64,000 bases of DNA from an uncultured delta proteobacterium (GTDB lineage: Bacteria > Myxococcota_A > Polyangia > Polyangiales > B10-G4), in NCBI GenBank assembly GCA_963727445.1, contig CAVSGI010000020.1, forward strand, positions 704,001 through 768,000. Reading direction: 5' to 3'. Shown here piece by piece: positions 53,325 to 63,043 of this stretch (within the stretch, counting starts at the first letter, position 1; each line of letters opens with the position of its first letter). The notes below the pieces were generated by a model, which had not been told where the DNA came from, searched no databases, and worked only from the letters and a program-made list of their open reading frames with translations. A program made the translations under genes and the position numbers.

Positions 53325-55184
53325 TCAGAACCCGGAGCAGGGCGAGATGCGGCACTCCGCCGGCGGCAGGTTCGTCGCCGGGGGACACTCGGAGCCGATG
53401 CCGAGGTCGGGCGCCCAGGTCCAGTCGTCGAGGGCGATCTCGCCGACCTCGGCGCCGTTGCCGCAGAGGTCGTAGGCGACGACGCTCCCGAAGCGGATCA
53501 TGCGCGCGGTCTGGCGGTACCAGGTCCCGAACTGTCCGGCGAAGACCTCGGCCTCGAAGCTCAGCGCCGAGCTGTTCGTGGTCGACACGGTCAGGAGCTC
53601 GGACTCGCTCGTCCCGTAGCGCTCGCCGATGCTCTCCGAGCGGGTGAGCGACTCGCCGAAGGCCTGCGTCTGACTCCAGGAGTTGGAGTGGCTGTAGCCG
53701 TTGGCCTCGGCGTAGGTCTGCGCGATGCCCCACTGATAGCCGCGGGCGCGAGAGAGCGCGCGCTGCTCCTGCTCGGTGAGCCCCGAGGTCTCGCCGAAGC
53801 CGCTGGTGGAGCTCATGCTGCCGCCGCCGGTCATCCCGTCGCGCATGCGGGTGCCGTCCACCCAGCCGCGCTTGCCCTGGGCGGTCACCGACACCGAGCC
53901 GTTGGCGACCAGAGGGATGCCGGCCATGCCGCCGGCGGTGACCGAGCCGCCGACCTCGCCGAGGTAGTCCTCGACAGTCTCGGTCTGCACGTTCCAGCCC
54001 CACTCCTCGGCGGCGGTCTCCGAGAAGTTCACGCTGGTGGCGCGCGAGCGTCCGTCGGTGCGCGAGAACATGTCGGTCGCCGACTCTGTCTGCGACATCG
54101 TCGTCGCGTCGGTCTGCGTGACCATCATGGACGCGGTTTCCTCTTCGCTCATGGTCGCCGAGGTGTTGTAGGTCTGCTCGTAGGCGGAGCCGTAGTTGCG
54201 CTCCCAGCCGCGGCTGATCTGCCGCTGGATCTGGCGGGTGCGCGTCTCCGAGGTGGTCTCGGTGTAGCTCACGTGCACACCGCCGGGGCCGCCCGGGATG
54301 CAGGCCGAGACCGGCTCGGGCTCGTAGAGCTCCGCGATCTGCATCGGCCCACGAAAGTAGACCTGCAAGGGGCTGCGGACCATGAAGTTGTGCCGGATCT
54401 CCCGGCGAATCCCGTCGGTGCCCTCGGCGACGACGCTGATCGAGGCCCGATAGCCGTCGACGTTCGGTGGCACCGGGCCCCAGCGCGTCAACACGGAGTG
54501 CTCGAGCTGGCCGGGCTCGGTCACGAAGCGGAGGTTGGTGGTCGCTTCCTGCACGTCTCCGTCGATCATCAGCCCTTCGCTGAAGGCGTACTGGAAGTTG
54601 AAGGGCTCGAAGCCGATGGCCCGCACGCGCACCGCGTAGGGGATCACGTGCAGCGCGTTGAGCGTCGGAAAGCGGCAGTCGGCGATCCAGGTGTCACCGA
54701 CGGCGACGAAGTCCTGGATGATCAGCGACGGCAGCACCGTGAAGGTCAGCGGCATGCGCTGGTCTTCGGGCTGCGGGTAGCTCTCGCCGTCGAAGGTCTG
54801 GTTGATGGCGTAGACGTCGCCCTCGAAGGTGCCGATCTTGTCGCCGCCTGCGATGAAGGGGACGCGGTAGGCGCCGAAGGACTCCCAGCGGATGGTGTCT
54901 GAGCCGCCCTGGAAGGGGATGGCGAGGTCGACCGGTACCGCTGGGCTGCCGTCGTCGGGGGTGAAGGTGCCTTCGAAGACCACGTCCACCCAGCCGTCGG
55001 CTGGATCGATGAAGCCGCTCCCGAAGAGCTCGACGGGGTCACCCACCTCGGCGGTGCGGGTGGAGATGTCCTGGATGAGCGGGGTGGGGACGGCGATCGG
55101 CCCGGGTGTGGGGTCCGACACCGCGCATCCAGCGACGGCGAGGGCGAAGGGGAGGATCGGCCATGCGCGCTCGAGAAAAGACAT
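53325..55184 (-). CDS. Lipoprotein with Ig/IPT-like N-terminus and a long Ser/Thr-rich putative beta-hairpin (aerolysin/ETX-like)
   Basis: VAGC lipobox; GDPVELFGSGF; GGSVTAGGMAGIPLVANGSVSVTAQ hairpin tip; ORF is clear, function inferred. Confidence 0.6.
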   Translation of the reverse strand: MSFLERAWPILPFALAVAGCAVSDPTPGPIAVPTPLIQDISTRTAEVGDPVELFGSGFIDPADGWVDVVFEGTFTPDDGSPAVPVDLAIPFQGGSDTIRWESFGAYRVPFIAGGDKIGTFEGDVYAINQTFDGESYPQPEDQRMPLTFTVLPSLIIQDFVAVGDTWIADCRFPTLNALHVIPYAVRVRAIGFEPFNFQYAFSEGLMIDGDVQEATTNLRFVTEPGQLEHSVLTRWGPVPPNVDGYRASISVVAEGTDGIRREIRHNFMVRSPLQVYFRGPMQIAELYEPEPVSACIPGGPGGVHVSYTETTSETRTRQIQRQISRGWERNYGSAYEQTYNTSATMSEEETASMMVTQTDATTMSQTESATDMFSRTDGRSRATSVNFSETAAEEWGWNVQTETVEDYLGEVGGSVTAGGMAGIPLVANGSVSVTAQGKRGWVDGTRMRDGMTGGGSMSSTSGFGETSGLTEQEQRALSRARGYQWGIAQTYAEANGYSHSNSWSQTQAFGESLTRSESIGERYGTSESELLTVSTTNSSALSFEAEVFAGQFGTWYRQTARMIRFGSVVAYDLCGNGAEVGEIALDDWTWAPDLGIGSECPPATNLPPAECRISPCSGF

Positions 55185-55355
55185 CACCAATTACGGAGCT
55201 CAGCTTAGCACGAGCATTCGAGAAGACGTAGTGGGGGCCGTTTGGACTCGATCCTGGCATGACACACGACGCCCCATTGTCGCGGCATCGGGCGAGATCT
55301 GAACCAGGTCGACGAAACCATCAACTCTCGGCGTTTGGTTGGCTATAGCTCGGTC

Positions 55356-57182
55356 ATGGCGAACGAAGAGTCGAAGGGGGGCCCGCCTGCCGAGCTCGCG
55401 ATCGATCCAGCACAGCGGTACGACCAGCTCGGTCTGCTCGGCGAAGGGGGCATGGGCGAGGTCCACGCATGCCGTGACCGGGTGATCGGACGCGTCATCG
55501 CGCAGAAGGCGATCCGCAAGCTGCCTGGCGGGCGAACGCCACGCACCGAGGCGCGCGAGCAGTTTCTGCGCGAGGCGCGGGTGCAGGGGCAGCTCGAGCA
55601 CCCGGTCGTCGTGCCGGTCTACGACGTCGGACGCGCGCCGGACGAACGGCTCTTCTTCACGATGAAGCGGGTGGCGGGTCAGACACTCGGCGAGGTGATC
55701 GAGGCGCTCCGCGCCGGCGACACCGAGACGACGCGTCGCTTCGGGCGTCATCGGCTGCTCGCCGCATTCCAGCGCGTGTGTGAGTGCATCGACTACGCGC
55801 ACGCGCGCGGCGTCGTACACCGCGATCTGAAGCCGGCGAACGTGATGTTCGGCGACTTCGGTGAGGTCTACGTGCTCGACTGGGGCGTCGCGCGCATGCT
55901 CGGGAGACGCCCTCCGACGGGATGGTCGAGGTGGGGCCTACCGGAGACGCCGAGCGGGATCGGTGGCACTCCCGGTTACATGCCGCCTGAGCAGCTCGCG
56001 GAGGTCGCCGCCGTCGACGGGCGCGCCGACGTGTATGCGCTCGGGGCGATCCTCTTCGAGATCCTCACGCTGGAGCCGCTGCATGCGACGCGCAATTCGG
56101 CGGAGCTCGTCGCATCGACACAGCGCGGCGCGGAGGCGCGCGCCAGCGTGCGCTACCCGGACCGGGACGTTCCACCCGAGCTCGAAGCGATCTGCGTGCG
56201 GGCGACGGCACTCGCGCCCGACGACCGGTACCAGACGGTGCGCGAGCTATCCGAGGACCTGGAGCGCTTCCTCGAAGGACACCGCGACCTCGAGCTGCGG
56301 CGGGAAATCGCGGCGGGTCACGTCGTCGAGGCGCGTGCACAGGCCGATGTCGCGCTCTCCGAGGAAGGCGGTTCGATCGAGGCCCGGCGCCGCGCGCTCG
56401 TCGAGCTCGGGCGCGCGCTCGCGCTTCATCCGGAGTCGCCGGAAGCGACGCGCGTGCTCGCGGAGCTGCTCGCCACGCCGCCGCGCACGGTGCCACCAGA
56501 GGCGCAAGCCGCCTTGCGGGACGAGGAGATCGAGCAGAGCAGGGCGGCTGGACGGCTCGCGGGCTGGACTTTTCTGGGGATGGGCGCGAGCGCGCTCGTG
56601 CTCACGCAGATCGCGGAGGTGCACGGGGTGGTGGTCCCGCTCCTGTTCTTCCTGCCCTCGCTGCTCGCGTCGGCGTTGGGCTTCTACAGCGTGCGCCGGC
56701 CGTCGGACCTGAGCGGCCTCAGCATCATCGTCTGCGCCGGCGTGGCCATGGCGACCACATCGGCCATTCTAGGACCGCTCGTCCTGACGCCGATCCTCGC
56801 CATCGCGCTCGGGATCATCTCGATGAACGTGGGGCGCCTGTCGAGATACCGCCCGCTCTCGCTCACCATCGCGTGCCTCGTCGTCGCCGTCCCCGCGCTC
56901 CTCGAAATCGCGGGCCTGCTCCCGAGCTCGTATCGAAACGTCGACGGGAGCTGGCTCATCGTCTCGAAGATCGCCACCGTGCCGAGCGACCGCATCTACC
57001 CCTTTGGCCTGCTGGTGATGTGCATCGGCGCGCTCATCGTCTCGAGCCTCTTCGTCTGGCGAATGGCCGACCGCATGGCCGCGTTGCGACGGCAGCTGCA
57101 GCTGCACGCCTGGCACCTCGGCCATCTGGCGCCCGAAGAGGCCCGCGGCCCGACGTCTGCGCCACCCCCGGCGCGTCGATAA
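55356..57182 (+). CDS. Ser/Thr protein kinase with C-terminal TM helices
   Basis: LGEGGMGEV, HRDLKPANVM, VLDWGVA, GTPGYMPPE. Confidence 0.93.
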   Translation: MANEESKGGPPAELAIDPAQRYDQLGLLGEGGMGEVHACRDRVIGRVIAQKAIRKLPGGRTPRTEAREQFLREARVQGQLEHPVVVPVYDVGRAPDERLFFTMKRVAGQTLGEVIEALRAGDTETTRRFGRHRLLAAFQRVCECIDYAHARGVVHRDLKPANVMFGDFGEVYVLDWGVARMLGRRPPTGWSRWGLPETPSGIGGTPGYMPPEQLAEVAAVDGRADVYALGAILFEILTLEPLHATRNSAELVASTQRGAEARASVRYPDRDVPPELEAICVRATALAPDDRYQTVRELSEDLERFLEGHRDLELRREIAAGHVVEARAQADVALSEEGGSIEARRRALVELGRALALHPESPEATRVLAELLATPPRTVPPEAQAALRDEEIEQSRAAGRLAGWTFLGMGASALVLTQIAEVHGVVVPLLFFLPSLLASALGFYSVRRPSDLSGLSIIVCAGVAMATTSAILGPLVLTPILAIALGIISMNVGRLSRYRPLSLTIACLVVAVPALLEIAGLLPSSYRNVDGSWLIVSKIATVPSDRIYPFGLLVMCIGALIVSSLFVWRMADRMAALRRQLQLHAWHLGHLAPEEARGPTSAPPPARR

Positions 57183-57287
57183 CGGCGCTCCGACCCCGCC
57201 CGCTCGACCGGTCTTTTGCGTCCACGGCGCGATCTTTGGCGCCGCTCGGTACATCTTTCGGTGGGGCTTTGTGCGACGGTGGAGTGG

Positions 57288-59222
57288 ATGGCTACCAGCT
57301 CTTCGTTCGTCCGCTTCGTCGCGTGCTTCGTGGGCGCATTCGCGCTCGTTTCATGCGTCATGTCCCCGGACGCGGACCCGGCCGGGCCGCCGTCGGCGCC
57401 GGATTCCGTCGTGGCCAGTGGAGGCATCGTGGCGGACCCCGCGCTCATCGCGGCGATCACGGCTGAACCGGGTCCGCCGCCCATCTCCGGCGGGACGCTG
57501 CTCGTCACGCGCGACGGGCGCTTCGCAGTGATGAGCGATCCAGCGCTCGATACGATCTTCGTCGTCGACCTCGAGGCCTTGGAGGGCACGGCGATCGAGC
57601 TCGCCCCAGACGACGAGCCCGGGCGCCTCGTCGAGGACGACGCCGGACGCGTACACGTGGTCTTGCGCCGAGGCGGCGCCATCGTCACGGTCGATCCGGC
57701 GCGCGCGTCCATGGTCGCCCGCCGCGACGTCTGCTCCGCGCCTCGAGGGATCGCGTGGCGCGCCGAGGACGACGCGCTGGTGGTGGCCTGCGCGGGGGGT
57801 GAGCTCGTGTTCCTGCCGGCCTCGGGGGGCGAGGCGACGAGCCAGGTCGTGCTCGACGACGACCTCCGCGACGTCGTCCTCGACGGTGAGCGCATTCTCG
57901 TCTCCCGCTTTCGGGCGGCCGAGATCCTCGCGCTCGACTCCGACGGGACGCTGCGCGAGCGAATCCCCCTCACCACGATCGAGCTCCCGCTCTCCGACCG
58001 AACACCCGACTACTTCGAGCCGCCCCGCCGGATCCCGCACGTCGCCTGGCGCATGGTGGCCGCCGAGGGGGGAGCGCTGGTGCTCCATCAACGCGAGAGC
58101 ACTACGGTGCTCGAGACCGAGAGCGCGCTCGGGGGATATGGTGGCCCGAGCGTGTCGGCCCCCACCGATTGCACGGGCGAGCAGCGGGTCACGACCGTCG
58201 CGACCTTCGTCGGGGACCGCGCCGAGATCGGGGCCAGCCTCGATCTCGTCCTGGGCGTCGACGTCGCGCTCTCTGCGAACGGAGAGGAGCTCGTGGTGGC
58301 CACGCCCGCGAACGCCTATGCGCGGTCCGGGGGGCCCGACGCCCGGTCCGGCATGCTCGGTGGAGTCGCGACGTATGACGCGCTCACCGTTCACGCACCG
58401 AACGATTCACCGGATCCCCTCGCTTCGGAGGGGATCTGCGCGACTCGCACAACCACCGAGACGCCCGTGGACGGCGCGCCGACCGCGGTGGCCTTCGGTC
58501 CCGACGGCCGGCTCTTCATCCAGTCCCACGCCCCGGCGATGCTCACCATCGTCGGCGGGGGTGCGACGATGGACGTTCGCCTCGCGAACGACGCTCCGGC
58601 GATCGGCGAGGCCATTTTCCATGCGCGCACGGGCTCGGGCTTCGCCTGCGCCTCGTGCCACCCCGAGGGCGGCGACGACGGACACGTATGGGACTTCAGC
58701 TTCATCGGCCTCCGGCGTACGCAGTCGCTTCGCGGAGGGGTGCTCGGGACGGCGCCCTTTCACTGGGACGGGGAGTTCACCGACTTCGGCTCGCTCGCGC
58801 ACGACGTCTTCGAGGACCGCATGGCGGGCGGCGAGCTCGCCGCCTACGAGGTGTATGGCCTGGCTGGCTGGCTCGAGGGCATCCCGGCCCTGCCGCCGAT
58901 TCGCGCGGCGGGGGTGACGGATGAGGCCGTGCTCCGCGGTCGGGCGCTCTTCTACTCGCCCGAGCTTCTGTGCGCGAACTGTCACGCCGGCGGGTTGCTC
59001 ACGAACAACCGGAGCGTGGTGGCGGGGACCGGTGATTATTTCCAGGTTCCTTCGCTCCTCGGCGTGGCCCACCGCGCTCCGTTCATGCACGACGGCTGCG
59101 CTCCCACCCTCCGCGCCCGCTTCACCGACCCCGGATGTGGCGGCGGGGACCGCCATGGCCGCACGAGCGGTCTCACCGAAGGCGACATCGACGACCTCGT
59201 CGCGTTCCTCGAAACGCTCTGA
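57288..59222 (+). CDS. Beta-propeller (YncE-like) plus di-heme cytochrome c (peroxidase-like) lipoprotein
   Basis: ALVSC lipobox; propeller repeats; CASCH..RRTQSLRG..APFHWDG; CANCH..VPSLLGV..APFMHDG. Confidence 0.85.
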   Translation: MATSSSFVRFVACFVGAFALVSCVMSPDADPAGPPSAPDSVVASGGIVADPALIAAITAEPGPPPISGGTLLVTRDGRFAVMSDPALDTIFVVDLEALEGTAIELAPDDEPGRLVEDDAGRVHVVLRRGGAIVTVDPARASMVARRDVCSAPRGIAWRAEDDALVVACAGGELVFLPASGGEATSQVVLDDDLRDVVLDGERILVSRFRAAEILALDSDGTLRERIPLTTIELPLSDRTPDYFEPPRRIPHVAWRMVAAEGGALVLHQRESTTVLETESALGGYGGPSVSAPTDCTGEQRVTTVATFVGDRAEIGASLDLVLGVDVALSANGEELVVATPANAYARSGGPDARSGMLGGVATYDALTVHAPNDSPDPLASEGICATRTTTETPVDGAPTAVAFGPDGRLFIQSHAPAMLTIVGGGATMDVRLANDAPAIGEAIFHARTGSGFACASCHPEGGDDGHVWDFSFIGLRRTQSLRGGVLGTAPFHWDGEFTDFGSLAHDVFEDRMAGGELAAYEVYGLAGWLEGIPALPPIRAAGVTDEAVLRGRALFYSPELLCANCHAGGLLTNNRSVVAGTGDYFQVPSLLGVAHRAPFMHDGCAPTLRARFTDPGCGGGDRHGRTSGLTEGDIDDLVAFLETL

Positions 59223-59239
59223 GCCGTCGGCGGCGTCCG

Positions 59240-59751
59240 TTACGTCCCCTCAGTCACACCTCCGAGTGTCCGCGCGAGTCGCCGGCACGCTGCGGAGTCT
59301 TCGTCGGACGGCAACGCACACTCCTCTGGCGGCTGACAGAAGCAGCAGTTGGCTGTCTCGCTGCGCGTGTACTCCCCACCGGTCCACGAATAGTGATTCC
59401 ACGTCATCTCCATCCCCGCGCATCCGAGCGAGCGCCGCGCACCCCGTTCAGCCTGTGAGCCTCGGCCACCGCCTGCCGCCTGGCCTGCGCGGAGCACGGG
59501 TGTTCGTGGGCATCGGAGAGAGCCTCTGGTGGCGCAGTCTCGGCTGGGGACGGCGTCGTCGCCTCTGCCTCGGCTCGCTGGTCGACCGAGGACGGCGCGG
59601 GGCGGCTCGTCTCTGCCGCGGATGCCTGGGTCTGCCCGCCGGTCTGCACCTCGGTCCGCTGCGCGGGAGTCGGCCGTTCATCGCGCGGGCTGCTCGATGC
59701 ACAAGCCCAGCAGAGGACGAGGCCAAAGAGTGCGTATCGTGGAAGCATCAC
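59240..59751 (-). CDS. Small hypothetical lipoprotein, frameshifted
   Basis: LVLCWAC signal, low-complexity linker, Cys-rich end in a second frame. Confidence 0.35.
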
Positions 59752-59847
59752 GGGAGCAGAACCCGACTGGGGGCCCCATGATTCCGCTGCGCGGACGAGC
59801 GAGGCACGTTGCCGGATCGCGGTCGGCTATATAGAGTCGCCGGCCCG

Positions 59848-60261
59848 ATGGCATTTTCGAGCGACATCCGAGTTCGATTCGGGGACGAGGACCATGCGGG
59901 GATCGTCTACTACCCCCGCTTCTTCGACTTCTTCCACCAGGCCTTCGAGGACTTCTTCGCGGACAACGGTGTCCCCTACAAGGAGGTCCTCGACGTCGAC
60001 AACTGCGGCTGGCCGTCGGTGCATGCGGAGGCGGACTTCGTCAGCCCGGCGCGCTTCGGAGACACGCTCACCGTCGAGGTCGAGGTCACCCGCATCGGGG
60101 ACAAGTCGGCCACCTTCGCCTTTCGAGGCGTGAACCGCGCCCAGGACCGGCTGGTGCTGAAGGGCTCGGTGACCTGCGTCTGCATCCGCATGGACACCTT
60201 CGAATCGCAGCCCATCCCGGACAAGTATCGGGCCATGTTCGAAAAGCACCTGGCGGGCTGA
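59848..60261 (+). CDS. Acyl-CoA thioesterase (4-HBT/YbgC hotdog family)
   Basis: VRFGDEDHAGIVYYPRFF, ADFVSPARFGD. Confidence 0.9.
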   Translation: MAFSSDIRVRFGDEDHAGIVYYPRFFDFFHQAFEDFFADNGVPYKEVLDVDNCGWPSVHAEADFVSPARFGDTLTVEVEVTRIGDKSATFAFRGVNRAQDRLVLKGSVTCVCIRMDTFESQPIPDKYRAMFEKHLAG

Positions 60262-60330
60262 GGCCTGTCGCGTGAGAGCGCGCCGCTTTGTCCCCGACCT
60301 CTGCCTGGCCTACGATCAGCCCGAGCCCTC

Positions 60331-62142
60331 ATGAAGGCCCTGATCAAGGTCGGCTACGGCTGCAACGACCACTGCTCGTTCTGCCACACGTTGGACGTCC
60401 GGCACGTCGACGGCGAGGCGCGCGAGATCCACGAAAAGATCGAGCGGGCCAAGACGCTCGGACACTCGATGGTGGTGCTCTCCGGCGGCGAGCCCACGAT
60501 CCGCCCCGAGCTGCTCGCTTGGGCTGATCACGTCGTGCGCCTCGACATGGACTTCGGCCTGGTCACCAACGGCCGGATGCTGAGTTACGGCGAGCTCACC
60601 GAGAAGCTCCTCGCGCGGCGGCTGAAGTACGTCTATCTCTCGCTCCACGGCGGGACGGCGAAGATCCACGACCTGATGGTGCGCTCCGAGGCCTTCGACG
60701 AGACCTATGGGGCGCTCGATAACCTCTCGGGACGCGGGCTCGACCTCACCGTCAACTGCGTCATCACCAAGCACAACGTCGACCACCTGAAGGGTGTGGT
60801 CGATGCCGTGCTGAAGTATCCGGACCTCGGGCTGAACTTCTCGATGGTGGAACCGAAGGGCGGCGGCGACGCGCTCTTCGAGCATCTGATGCCGCGGATC
60901 TCCTACGTCGCCGACAAGGTCCGCGAGGCGATCCGTTACGGCGACGCCGAGGTCGCGTCGCGAGGCGCCGTGGGGCCGCGCTTCAGCCACGGCGCGATCC
61001 CACTGTGCCTGATGCCCGGCGACGAGCGTCGGTACAGCGATCTGAAGAGCCACCGCTTCGCCGCCATGACCGAGATCGGAGAGCCCGATTTCTATCCGGT
61101 GGACGATCTCAACAAGGTGCAGCCGCGCGACAAGTGTCGCGGATGCTCGCTCAGTGGCGCATGTCCCGGTCTCTACAAGGGGTACGTCGAGGTTTTCGGA
61201 GACGACGAGGTGAAGCCGGTCTTCGACCGCCCGCGGAGCAACTCCTTCAACTACGTCTTCGAGGCGCGCGTCGCGCCCCGTCCCGATGGTGCATGCCCGC
61301 TCTACGCCGATGGAATCACTCCGTGGGATCGCGGCCGCCACCTCTTCGTCGAGCACGCGGGTCGCATCGGGCGCTACGTCGCACGCACGCGCGACTTCTC
61401 CGACGTCGAGATCGCCGAGCTCAAACACGACCTCGGGCAGATCTACGCCGATGTCTCGCGCAAGCCCGCGCCGGACGATTTCGCCAAGGACCTGGTGCAG
61501 CTCGAGCGGAGCGAACGCTGTGACGGATGCGAGCTGCGAGAGCGCTGCACCGGGATGTTCACGCCGCGCATGGAGGACGTCTTCACCCGCGACGATGCGC
61601 GCGTGCGCGCTCTGATCGGGACGCTCGAGGGGACTGTGCTGGACGTGGGATGCGGGGAGGGGCCGTACGAGGACGTGCTCGAACCGCGCGCCCGCTCGGG
61701 CGCCATCGAGTACGTGGGCCTCGAGCCGGACGCGGGGCGCGTGACCGCGCTCAGGGCGCGGAGGCCCTGGGCGACCATCGAGGAGGGGCGCGCCGAGGAC
61801 CTGAACGGGAGCCACGAGGCTCGCTTCCTGCACGTGCTCGTGCTCCGGAGCTGGAACCACCTCGAAGATCCCGAGCGCGCCCTCGATCGCATCGCCGCGA
61901 GCCTCGCGCCTGGAGGCACGCTCACCGTGGTCGACAACGTCGCCTTCGGCCTCGCCCGCTCAGCCGAAAAGACGCGCCGCGCCGAGTCCTCGCGCGCAGG
62001 CTTCGAGCACTACCGCAACGACGACGCCAGCGATGCGCACCGCCGCATCGCCGCGCGAGGCTTCACGCTCATCGAGCGCCACGACGTCGCCCCCGGCACC
62101 AGCAACCAGTGGCTCCTTCGCTACGCCAAGGGGACGGTCTAA
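60331..62142 (+). CDS. Radical SAM enzyme (HxsC-like) fused to a class I SAM methyltransferase
   Basis: CNDHCSFC, LSGGEPT, TNG, SLHG; IPLCLM; CRGCSLSGACPG and CDGCELRERCTG; VLDVGCGEG, GLEPD. Confidence 0.85.
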   Translation: MKALIKVGYGCNDHCSFCHTLDVRHVDGEAREIHEKIERAKTLGHSMVVLSGGEPTIRPELLAWADHVVRLDMDFGLVTNGRMLSYGELTEKLLARRLKYVYLSLHGGTAKIHDLMVRSEAFDETYGALDNLSGRGLDLTVNCVITKHNVDHLKGVVDAVLKYPDLGLNFSMVEPKGGGDALFEHLMPRISYVADKVREAIRYGDAEVASRGAVGPRFSHGAIPLCLMPGDERRYSDLKSHRFAAMTEIGEPDFYPVDDLNKVQPRDKCRGCSLSGACPGLYKGYVEVFGDDEVKPVFDRPRSNSFNYVFEARVAPRPDGACPLYADGITPWDRGRHLFVEHAGRIGRYVARTRDFSDVEIAELKHDLGQIYADVSRKPAPDDFAKDLVQLERSERCDGCELRERCTGMFTPRMEDVFTRDDARVRALIGTLEGTVLDVGCGEGPYEDVLEPRARSGAIEYVGLEPDAGRVTALRARRPWATIEEGRAEDLNGSHEARFLHVLVLRSWNHLEDPERALDRIAASLAPGGTLTVVDNVAFGLARSAEKTRRAESSRAGFEHYRNDDASDAHRRIAARGFTLIERHDVAPGTSNQWLLRYAKGTV

Positions 62143-62520
62143 ACTTTTCAACTTTCCGTGAGCGGGCCGTTCGACCGCTACGGCAAGGGGACGGTCTAGA
62201 CTTTTCAACTTTCTGTGAGCGGGCGGTTCGACCGCTACGGCAAGGGGACGGTCTAGACTTTTCAACTTTCTGTGAGCGGGCGGTTCGACCGCTACGGCAA
62301 GGGGACCGGCAAGGGGACGGTCTAGACTTTTCAACTTTCTGTGAGCGGGCGGTTCGAGGCGAGAAAGTTGAAAAGTGTAGACCGTCCCCGTCAGAGGCGC
62401 CGTCCCCGTCAGAGGCGCCGTCAGAGGCGGGAAAGTTGAAAAGTGTAGACCGTCCCGTCCCCGTCAGAGGCGCCGTCAGAGGCGGGAAAGTTGAAAAGTG
62501 TAGACCGTCCCCGTCAGAGG
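62119..62520. repeat. REP-like cluster: four direct and three inverted copies of GGGGACGGTCTANACTTTTCAACTTTC
   Basis: Direct cores at 62130, 62187, 62244, 62313 (57-bp period for the first three); inverted cores at 62363, 62431, 62486. Confidence 0.9.
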
Positions 62521-62969
62521 CCGACCTTCATGCCGGCGGCGTCGAGCTGCTTGCGGACGCGGGTGGCCTGGGCGGCGTCCGAGATGGCGACGGCCGAGAA
62601 GGCGGTCGCCATCACGGCGGCCGGGACGCTGGCGAGGCCGAGGAGGCTGAAGATGCCGTGGGCCACGGCGTAGAGCTGCCAACCGGCCGCGCAGAAGAAG
62701 GCCAGGCCGGCGATCACGGTGCCGCCCACCGCGGCCCAGGTCCGTGCGCGGTAGGTCATCAGCGCGAGGATCAGGAGCGCGGCGGCGAAGTTCAGATGCA
62801 CGATGGGGACGAGCTCGAGAAGCTCCCGGGTGAAGCGGGTGGTGAAGAGTTGGATGGAAGTGAAGGCCAGGAGCGCGCTGGTGACGCCGAGCAGCGCCGC
62901 CGCCACCTTCACCTTCCAGGTCCCCGCCGCCTTCGAGACGTCGATCTGGTCGAACGCTTCCACCACCAC
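62514..62969 (-). CDS. Small four-helix membrane protein
   Basis: Four hydrophobic segments; GC3 bias; start among three tandem GTG codons. Confidence 0.6.
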   Translation of the reverse strand: MVVEAFDQIDVSKAAGTWKVKVAAALLGVTSALLAFTSIQLFTTRFTRELLELVPIVHLNFAAALLILALMTYRARTWAAVGGTVIAGLAFFCAAGWQLYAVAHGIFSLLGLASVPAAVMATAFSAVAISDAAQATRVRKQLDAAGMKVGL

Positions 62970-63008
62970 CCGCCGGATAGCATGGGGTGGGCTCCGGTGC
63001 CTGTCGGC

Positions 63009-63037
63009 GTGACACCTCCGGCGAGCGGAGATACTCT
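63009..63037 (+). promoter_or_regulatory. Putative sigma70 promoter of Hxs precursor 1 (leaderless)
   Basis: GTGACA(63009)-17 nt-TACTCT(63032), then 6 nt to GTG 63044. Confidence 0.55.
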
Positions 63038-63043
63038 TCGTTC

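Noticed and set aside
59848..60261. Thioesterase as part of the Hxs system or as the MenB partner
   Set aside because: Only adjacency or pathway plausibility; generic hotdog family with no sequence evidence for either role
62119..62520. CRISPR array
   Set aside because: Spacers are repeated, the orientation flips mid-array, and there are no cas genes
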